64,000 nt of DNA, from positions 15,996,001 through 16,060,000 of the forward strand of contig OX442314.1 in the NCBI GenBank assembly GCA_949358305.1, read 5' to 3'. Shown here piece after piece: positions 54,709 through 64,000 of the stretch. Position numbers and translations under genes: made by a program. Source of the DNA: Strigamia acuminata (Eukaryota). Below the pieces are notes generated by a model, which did not search any database, was not told the DNA's origin, and was given only the letters and a program-made list of their open reading frames with translations. Numbering within the stretch: the stretch's first letter is position 1; the number at the start of each line of letters is the position of its first letter.

Positions 54709-54965
54709 GTTTATTTGTTTTCTCGAGTAATGGTAATATAAAAGGCGTAATAAAATGTGTAATAAAATGTGATTTGAGAAATCTCTGTATCTCGTATCAT
54801 TTATTTACAAAGTGCGAAACAATTATCCCTAATGTCACTTTTGGGGGTTAAAATACACCATTGCGTAAATTTACTCCTTGTTGGTATTTTCAAAAAAAAT
54901 TACAATACGGAGTAAATGTATTCCTTTATGGGGTAGCACTAAATCTACCGATTTAAATAAATGCC

Positions 54966-55264
54966 CTGAACGAAGTGGCTACGTTCATGTCCGACGTGAA
55001 CGTGTTATTTTCATGACGCGCTGTGATTGGTTGAGAGAAACATTGAAATACGAACTGAAAATACACAGTTCGATAAACTTTACTAAAAACATTAAAAGAT
55101 TAAGTTAGGTCTGGGGGGGAGGGGGGAAAGAAGCTAAAACCTCGAGAACATCGAATTTGAGAAAACTTTCGTTGACGAAACGAATCGACATCAATGGATC
55201 TCAGCCAATCACAGCGCGTCATGAAAATAATACGTTCACATCGGACGTGAACGTAGCCACTGCC
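54966..55264. mobile_element. MITE with about 60-bp TIRs, absent from duplication unit 2
   Basis: AGTGGCTACGTTCA...GATTGGTTGAGA and TCTCAGCCAATC...TGAACGTAGCCACT. The empty site ATGCCTAAAC is at about 58242. Confidence 0.85.
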
Positions 55265-55599
55265 TAAACTTAAATAGGTGTAGAACAAATAAAAATGTAC
55301 ATAGTGTTGGAAAAGGAATTCAATTGGGGAAAATATATGACAAAAATAATAAAATAAAATAACATATTTTTTCCTATAATAAATATTGAAAAGTTTTTGT
55401 ATTTTTGCTTATATAAAACAGACACCAGATTTTCTATTATTACTGTATCAAAACTGATTGACTAACACCTTCATAATTCAATCTTTAAATGACAGTTTAC
55501 ACAATTGGAATTCAATTATTTCCTGCGTTGTATTTTGCACATAAAAGCGACCCCACCCTCACGAGTTGTAGAGTTCACATCAACAACTCACTTAGCAAA

Positions 55600-55750
55600 A
55601 TAAACGAATCGCTCGTCTTCTTCTTTGAGAAAGACTTAGACTACGACGAACATGTACGATGGAAACTTTTTTTCGTCTACGTGGCCGTCTGGAACTGGAG
55701 TTTGGCGCTCTTTAGCCAAGCTTGTGCCCCAGACAATGCACGAATTGCTA
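55600..55750 (+). pseudogene. Truncated ELOVL paralog relic (unit 1)
   Basis: FFFEKDLDYDEHVRWKLFFVYVAVWNWSLALFS, internally deleted relative to the intact genes. Confidence 0.75.
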
Positions 55751-55838
55751 TCTAGTCCAATAATTTTTTTTGATTGGACATATACTTGGGGGGCCAACTT
55801 AATGAACGTCAAAGAGAGAACCGTTTAGAAGCCATGTA

Positions 55839-56506
55839 CAGTGTAGGCTGCGTAGCCCGGACATAGGACGGAATCCAGAAACTTGTCCGATCCGGACAAT
55901 GTCGATTCTGTAGGCATATACACTCTCTAGTCCGGACAAATGCCACATGTCCAGACTAGAGAGTTAAAGAAAATCAATTTCTGCTACATTAAAACAATTC
56001 AAAAATGCCGATTTTCTAATGAAACAAATTAGAAAAAGAATTAAAAACACTAAAATTTTAATAAAATTTAAATTTATTGCAGGTTCACAAGGGTTGGAAA
56101 AGGAAATTTGCGTTAAAGGTACCGTTGCGCCATGTGCACGTATGTTACTTCATGTCTACGTTCGTGAACACGTGCACATTGCGAAGTGCACATGGCGCAA
56201 CAATACCTTTTCCAACCCTTTTAAACATGCAATAAATTAAATTTTTATTTAAATTTTAGTGTTTTTAATTTTTTTTCTAATTTGTTTCATTAGAAAATCG
56301 GCATTTTTGGTTTTTGTCTGGACTCCACAGCGATTTTTCTCTATGCGGAACGCATCGCTTAGTCCGGATTCCGGAAGGGGGAGCTGTCCGAACCACAGAG
56401 CAAATTTAGCATTGCTCCTTATTGGTTGGGTCCGGGCCCCGGCAAACTTGTCCGCACCACACAGCTGTCCAGTCAGTACTATGTCCGGGCTACGCAGCCT
56501 ACACTG
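55839..56506. mobile_element. Tc/mariner-type MITE with TA TSD and an internal palindrome (about 56001-56308)
   Basis: TA|CAGTGTAGGCTGCGTAGCCCGGACATAG ... CTATGTCCGGGCTACGCAGCCTACACTG|TA. Unit 2 has the empty site GCCATGTATTTCC. Confidence 0.9.
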
Positions 56507-57194
56507 TATTTCCAAGTATTGCAGAAAAGCTGCATTTTTTCTATGGGTATCTGTGGGTTCAAAAATACACACTGAAATGCATCGAATTTCACAAGAAGGC
56601 ACTTTATAATATATTTTTGCATGCTATTATTTCAAATGACAATATATTTTGTAAAATGTGATTGTGACATGTATTCCCCAATATTATTATTTTTAAAATA
56701 TGAATGCATTTGAAAAATAAATTTTTTCAATTTTATTATGAAATGCATTCTTTACTGTAAAAATAATATATGTAATTCCACGAAATGCCATACATTTTGG
56801 AATTCATTAAGTGAAAAGCAATGTAGGTCTTATGGCAAATTTTATTTTTAAACCATACGGGTATCGCAGCTAACCCCAAGAGAACAACATAGCAATCGAT
56901 AACTTCATATTTGTGCAACAAATATCATGGGTTAAAATATGAAAACTAAAATATGAAAACTTTTAAGTAAATTCCTTCAAACTAAAAACACTAAACAATT
57001 TAATCGGTTGTCAAGAAGCGGGCGAGAACAATAGTACACTCCTCCACCTAGCCACAATTTATTAACTTAATACTGCTAAATAACAACTGGAATTAGAAAA
57101 TGTTCTGCGCAGAATGGGATGCGCAGTACGAATTTTGCATCAAGATACTATAGTCGCATTTATTGCTTCAATCATTGTTCAAGCAAACACGAAA

Positions 57195-57986
57195 ATGAAA
57201 AGTTCGACTATTATCTTCTCCTTTGAGGAAAACTTCGACCGTGAAGGCGGCATCGCGTGGATCCGCGCCTACTGGAAACTCTCCTTCGTCTACGTGATCA
57301 TCTACCTGCTGCTTATCTACCTCGGTGAACGCTGGATGCACTCCCGTCGCGCATTCGACTTGCGCGGCGTTTTAGCCGTCTGGAACTGGAGTTTGGCGGC
57401 ATTCAGTCTGACGGCCATGGTCCGATGTTTTCCCCAAGTATATGACGAATGGGACCAATACGGATTCGAGCACACGATTTGCAACGTCGGAAACGCAAGA
57501 GACAACCCGGTCTTGGGGTTTTGGTCGTGGTGCTTTATCATGTCCAAAGTGGTCGAGTTGGGCGACACCGCCTTCATCATTCTGCGTAAACGGCCCCTCG
57601 TTTTCCTACATTGGTACCACCACGTGACGGTTTTATTGTATTCTTGGTACAGCGCGCAACAAATGATCCCTACTGCTCGCTGGTTCAGTCTCATGAATGG
57701 CTTTGTTCACACTCTCATGTACACGTATTTTGCGCTCAGGGCCGCTAACTTGAAAATCCCGCGAACGGTTGCCATGACGATCACCATCGCGCAGCTGATG
57801 CAGATGCTCGGAGGACTGTACGCCAATTGGCGGGCTTACCAAGTGAATATTCGCGGCCAAAAATGCGAGACTGGCTTGTGGAATATCAAGATTTCTCTGC
57901 TCATGTACGCTTCGTATTGGCTTTTGTTCGCCAATTTATTTTATAATAGTTATGTAAAGAAACAACCGAGAGAAAAAATCGCCTGA
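57195..57986 (+). CDS. ELOVL6: Fatty acid elongase, ELOVL6-like, intronless (copy 2)
   Basis: Near-identical to 53917-54708. The start is placed at the ATG equivalent to copy 1, though the ORF extends upstream to 57114. Confidence 0.92.
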   Translation: MKSSTIIFSFEENFDREGGIAWIRAYWKLSFVYVIIYLLLIYLGERWMHSRRAFDLRGVLAVWNWSLAAFSLTAMVRCFPQVYDEWDQYGFEHTICNVGNARDNPVLGFWSWCFIMSKVVELGDTAFIILRKRPLVFLHWYHHVTVLLYSWYSAQQMIPTARWFSLMNGFVHTLMYTYFALRAANLKIPRTVAMTITIAQLMQMLGGLYANWRAYQVNIRGQKCETGLWNIKISLLMYASYWLLFANLFYNSYVKKQPREKIA

Positions 57987-58581
57987 GTTTATTTGTTTTC
58001 TCGAGTAATGGTAATATAAAAGGCGTAATAAAATGTGTAATAAAATGTGATTTGAAAAATCTCTGTATCTCGTATCATTTATTTACAAAGTGTGAAACGA
58101 TTATCCCTAATGTCACTTCTGTTGGGGTTTAAAATACACCATTGCGTAAATTTACTCCTTGTTGTTATTTTCAAAAAAAATTACAATACGAAGTAAATGT
58201 ATTCCTTTATGGGGTAGCACTAAATCTAACGATTTAAATAAATGCCTAAACTTAAATAGGTGTAGAACAAATAAAAATGTACATAGTGTTAGAAAAGGAA
58301 TTCAATTGGGGAAAATGTATGACAAAAATAATAAAATAAAATAACATATTTTTTCCTATAATAAACATTGAAAAGTTTTTGTATTTTTGCTTATATAAAA
58401 CAGACACCAGATTTTCTATTATTACTGTATCAAAACTCGTTGACTGACACCTTCATAATTCAATCTTTAAAAGACAGTTTACACAATTGGCATTCAATTA
58501 TTTCCTGCGTTGTATTTTGCACATAACAGCGACCCCACCCTCACGAGTTGCCGAGTTCACATCGACAACTCACTTAGCAAA

Positions 58582-58830
58582 ATGAACGAATCGCTCGTCT
58601 TCTTCTTTGAGAAAGACTTAGACTACGACGAACATGTACGATGGAAACTTTCCTTCGTCTACGTAGCCGTCTACCTGCTGCTTATCTACCTCAGCTAACT
58701 CTGGATGCACAAGCGTCGCGCCTTCCAATTGCGCGCCATTTTGGCCATCTGGGACTGGAGTTTGGCGCTCTTTAGCCAAGCTGGCGCATGCCGAATTGTA
58801 CCCCAGACAATGCACGAATTGCTATCTAGT
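58582..58830 (+). pseudogene. Truncated ELOVL paralog relic (unit 2)
   Basis: MNESLVFFFEKDLDYDEHVRWKLSFVYVAVYLLLIYLS*LWMHKRRAFQLRAILAIWDWSLALFS has an in-frame stop and then breaks off. Confidence 0.8.
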
Positions 58831-60964
58831 CCAATAATTTTTTTTGATTGGACATATACTTGGGGGGCCAACTTAATGAACGTCAAAGAGAGAACTGTTT
58901 AGAAGCCATGTATTTCCAAGTATTGCAGAAAAGCTGCATTTTCTCTGTGGGTATCCATGGGTTCCAAAATACACACTGAAATGCATCGAGTTTAACAAGA
59001 AGGCACTTTATAATATATTTTTGCATGCTATTATTTGCAAATAACAATATATTTTGTAAAATGTGATTGTGAAATGTATTCCCAATATTATTATTTTAAA
59101 AATATAAATGCATTTGAAAAATGAATTTTTTCAATTGTATTATGAAATGCATTCTTTACTCTAAAAATAATATATGAAATTCCACGAAATGCCATACATT
59201 TTGGAATGCATTAAGTGAAAAGCAATGTAGGGCCTATGGCAAAATATATTTTTAAATCATACGGGTATTGCAGCTAACCCCAAGAGAACAATATAGCAAT
59301 CGATAACTTCATATTTGTGCAACAAATATCATGAGTTAAATTATGAAAACTTTGTTTTAAGTAAATTCCTTCAAACTAAAAACTCTAAACAATTTAATCG
59401 GTTGTCAAGAAGCGGGCGAGACCTGAAATCCAGCTCGAAAATCGTCTGCCACTATTTAGCATGCGTTTGTCTTGAGTCTTGACAGCTGTGCAGACAATCG
59501 GGATAGCATAATTGAAACTTTGCATACTAAAAGATGAAGCATGCTGCTGTCAGCCGTTCAAAAAATGATTTACATAGAAAATAAAAATAGAGGCATTCAA
59601 AGCAGGCACAAAAAACTCCCATATTGGCTCGCTTTGTAAGCAGACTTGCTTTCCTAGTTATCTGTTCATGAATTCATCTTTTAATTTCCTTTATTCCCAT
59701 TGTTGCTCGTGACAAATTCTTTCCTCTGCTCTCTTATCATTCCTTCTAACAACTAAATTTAAATGCTGTATACAATGTATGGTGACCCCGGGATTACCAG
59801 AAAGTAGAAACTAATCCTTTTAATGTTGAATGTTAAATAGAAACTACAATTCTCCATCGCGAATCTATTTTTATTAAAATTGGGCTAAAATTGCTTTAAA
59901 ATGCATTGCTACATCAGTCGGTGCTTGTGTTTGCTCCCCTTCAGAACTTCAAAACAGCTGTTATTGTTTACAATTAATCATGATGTGTACTTTTGAGCTG
60001 CTCTTGAAAAAAATCTTTGAACTTGCCACTTGTATTATCTTGTTCTCCAAAATAATCCACTGGAAACCTAAACTTTATGAACGACTCAGTGAATATTTCG
60101 ATTTTCAAATCTAGCACACAATTATTCTCGGACGCTCTGCTGAAGTTTTCTGGGCATGCAGATTGCTCAATACATGGAAGAACAGAAACATTATCCAAAA
60201 GTAATCATTGCACAACCAGTGGAGATCATCTTATCGGAAGAGAACCAACAAAAGCAATTGGAGCTTTGGTACGAAGAGTAAAGTTTTCAAGCCACTCAAT
60301 AATGATTTGTTGCCGTGCGGTTTTGTCCACATTGCAAAACTGAATTCGCTGTTCTCCATCAATGTGTTGAACACGCGGTTCGCGCCTGCGGATTACCAGA
60401 ACCAAATCGCCAATATTTGGTGACATTCCGCCGCTGTGTACACAGCGTTGCTGGATGAAGTAGCAATAATTTAGCAACATATTCTCTTTGCACAGGTTCG
60501 AGTGTTTCGAGTGCCTGGAAAAAAAACCTGGACCAGTTTCTATTTCGCCCCATTTCTATTTAACTATATGTAATTTAGGCTTTGTATTTGTGGCAGAAAT
60601 ACAACGATGAAGAGACCACATCAAAAGAGAACGGAGATCGCGATATTTGGATCAACAAGTCTTCTTCTGCAGCCTAGTGAGCTGATCCTAGTGCATGTTT
60701 CAAAATGAGAAGCAAATTTGAATTGAAACACTTTTCATTCAGAAACATGCTCTAGGAGCAGGTCCATGACGTCATCTTGAGGCGAATGTTATTACAAGTA
60801 TTATTAAATCCCACTACCTTGACGAAAAAAAAATCTGATGCAATACACAATAATTTCAAAATATGTAGAACACTATTGAAAACAACGAGGAAAATGATTA
60901 ATTCACAACTTTTCAATAAGTGCAACAAACTTTACGAAAAGGAAGTAATAGCTTCAGGTCGATA

Positions 60965-61893
60965 CTGCGGCAATCCGGGTATTTATCTCTAAATTAACAC
61001 TAACCTAGGGATATTCGCCAGTGAGATGTCTCGTGGGTCTTCTACTCAACGGCTGTTGGTTTGTCTAGGGGAAATAATTTACGCTTACAAGGAGACCGCA
61101 AGAGGGTGTAATCCGCAATTGTTTAAATTTAAAAAAAATAAAGTATTGTAATTACCTAAACAGTCAATACTTTATTTACTTAAATGCACATCTCTCTCAC
61201 ATTGTTACAAACAGTTACAACACTTTACTGTGTGCTCTGACACTAATTTTTGTGCAGATTGTGGGAGGAGTTTCCCTCCCCTTCGCTTACGCCTGCCCTG
61301 AGGTTTTCATGCAGCCGTTAAGCGGTTGCACGCAATTAGCGTATTTTGTGGTTCTGCGCAGCTTTTCTCAGCAGAACCGTTTTGACTCACTCTAATCACT
61401 CTTGATCTTGCTTCCAACTACTCCACACTGTGTTCAAACTTATGCTCAAATATTGCTAAGTGTGATCCGTGGTATTGGAAGAATCGAGACTCACTGCTAA
61501 TCTGTATTCATTTTACAGAGTAGCGCTCTTTGCTTTGATTACTAAAAGTAATTGAAGCCCCTCTTTGTGTGTTTTGAGAGGATTTCTGTGTCGAGCGTCC
61601 TCCACAGAAATCGGTGCTCATGCTTCACCATCGTAGGACAGCAACCGTGTGTGTGAGGCGCCAACGCCGAGAAGACGTTCCCCACCATTCGAATTTATCA
61701 TTTCATTTGTATTTACAATTTTTGTGACCGTATTCAATTCGATTAAAACATGGATTATTTCATTTCAATTTGTACAAGTTAAATTATTCCCCTAGACAAG
61801 CTAAGGGCTGAGTAGAAGTCACACGTGGCATCTCAACGACGATTTCTTAATTAAATTTATTAAATTATTAAGAAAAAATCAGGATCGCCGCAG
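60965..61893. mobile_element. Old TIR element with about 120-bp degenerate inverted ends
   Basis: CTGCGGCAATCC...TGAGATGTCTCGTG...TTGTCTAGGGGAAATAATTT vs AAATTATTCCCCTAGACAA...CACGTGGCATCTCA...GGATCGCCGCAG. Confidence 0.65.
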
Positions 61894-64000
61894 ACATTGT
61901 AAAGAGTAATTGCAACTTGTCACTCAGCATTTTCATTAATAATTTGTAAAATTTATATTCACAAGATTGTTGCAAACTTTAATACGAACCAATGCATCTG
62001 CTTAATATTCCTTCACCCCAGTGACACGTTCTTATTGATTCGCAACTCCCACTGATTACCTTGTCACATTGCTTTACATCTGCATTCAGGGCTAGCTTTA
62101 ATGTGTTAATTAATTAGCAAGTATTTTCAATTCATTTTTAAGCGATTTATTTTAGGCGTTAATTATAACTTCTTCCATGAAACATTTATTGAACTCGTTT
62201 AATTTTTCATGCGCTTATCAGTTCTCAATTTTTATAAGCTTGTATGAAAAATTGCACAATTATTTTTAGTTATTTCAGAGTTTTACAACCTCGATATCGT
62301 GCAACTTGCATACTTTCAAAAATCAATACCCGCTCATTTAATTAAAATTTTCATCAGTTTGCTTTGATAAGAACCAAACTATCAATTTCATTTTCCAAAA
62401 ATAAATACGGTAGAAATATTGAAAAAGAAATTATCTCTCGCATATCTTCTTTTTTTTTTACCTCGTAAGATTCAATTGCCAGAAAATTTGCAATCAATAA
62501 TCGCATACTTCAAGCCACCAGACAAATTTAGAATAAACTTCCATCTTGATTTAGGCTTTGATTACCTCAATTAATTGATTTTGTGGAGTTTGATGATAAA
62601 TTTCAACTTATAAATGCCGGCGTCATCCCAACTTGTAGTTGGAAAAGTGTAATAGGGCGAGCAGCACATCAATTGTGGTCAGTAAAATACTAAAAATCTT
62701 ATCTAAACATTTCACGAATCTCCCAGACGGCCATTTCAGTAACCAAGAAAGAAATGAGACGTTCACTAACATAAAAAAATGGACGATCAAGCCGTTGGAT
62801 TGCGTGTAAAGCACGTATATAAACGAAGAATGCTGACCCTGTCAACTCCGCTTGTTGTACGCTTGTTTATTTGAATCAATAACCTGCGTCACACACGTTT
62901 CAATAATATTGCCAGGGCGGTCAGCAGGTATCAGCAGGATCACAACAAAAATAAATAACATCTGTGATTTCCTGACATTAAAAAAGAAACTCATTTCTGC
63001 GAACTAAACGCAACTAGGTCGTGTGCACAAAGTGGCAGATAGTTGCTTGACAGCTGTAACTACGGATACAACAGAAAATGTTATACGCATTAATGAGCAA
63101 TAACTACCAACAATTCCACATATAAATGCCCAGTTTAATTCGAAATGAAAAAGATTTCTAACCGAAGAACAACTTCCAATAAGTCTGCGATGAAATCAGC
63201 TGGAAACGGCGGTTGGAAATGTCAGTTTGAAATGTGACATTAAGCCGCTTTGTAGTCTTGAGATATTACTATTGCACAATCAAAGTATTGAAAGAAAATA
63301 CTGTACTTATAAGCTGTGACATTCTTGGAGTGAAAGAACACCACAATCTCATGAAAAAGCTCACGAAGAAAACTGATAACATAACCAGCTTCATTGGTTT
63401 AATTCATAAAGATTAGTACAAGTATTGCAGCATTTTTAAGCTTCCTTTTGTTATTGATTTGTCAAAAGTGTGTGATTGAAGATAAACTCCTTTGTGATGT
63501 TGGGAACGTAAAAATTTTCTATTTTTCTTCAGAAAAAAAAAGAATAAAAAATAAATAATAAAAAAAGAAGGAAAAATAAAGCGATAAGTTTATTGCAACT
63601 TTGGAAGGCGAAAGTCTAGCGGTGTGTGTATATATAAAAAGTGAACAGCATAGCAAAAAAAAAATGGGGATAAAAAAACATCAATATAAAGGAAATAGAA
63701 TCAACTTAAATGGTGCCAGCACGATAAGACGACAAGAAAAGTTACTCAAAACAAGTTCTTCAAGTGTTGAGTTTTATAGAAAAAAAATGTTTATTTTTGT
63801 TTATTTTTGTTTATTTATTATTTAGTACAAACGTTTCAACCATTAAAAATTCATTGAAAATCCATTTGAAAAGTAATCACATTTAAAATATGCCAAATTT
63901 TGACTTGATAATTCTGCTAATCACAATACAACATTATAATTATCAGATGCACGGTTACTATTAATTGATATTCACTGCATTATTGATTAAAACTCGATGA

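Larger units (their letters stand above)
53756..59421 (+). repeat. Tandem duplication: unit 1 is 53756-57027, unit 2 is 57028-59421
   Basis: Both units start ACAATAGTAC.CTCCTCCACCTAGCC and end GTCAAGAAGCGGGCGAGA. They are colinear except for two MITEs and a deletion in unit 1. Confidence 0.92.

Overview
AT-rich eukaryotic DNA, most likely arthropod, with short (about 60 nt) spliceosomal introns. From left to right: (1) the 5' end of a Ty3/gypsy retrotransposon on the minus strand (2.1-kb LTR, tRNA-Arg-like PBS, gag running off the window edge). (2) A cluster of five immunoglobulin-superfamily genes: two with GPI-like tails and micro-exons, one single-Ig transmembrane gene and two 3-Ig transmembrane receptors with Tyr motifs. 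The cluster also holds a colipase/prokineticin-fold peptide locus and an intronic tRNA-Met. (3) A gene with only the formyltetrahydrofolate synthetase domain. (4) An apparently intact DIRS1-type tyrosine-recombinase retrotransposon. (5) A c-type lysozyme-like gene lacking both catalytic acids. (6) An FMRFamide-receptor-like GPCR, then a long TE-littered non-coding stretch. (7) A tandem duplication of an intronless ELOVL6-like gene. The most notable observation is in the DIRS element. Its gag and pol form one ORF containing a canonical-looking 61-nt GT-AG intron, and removing it would end Gag after a short basic tail, a possible splicing switch between Gag and Gag-Pol. All gene models and family assignments were made by eye and need RNA-seq and profile-search confirmation.
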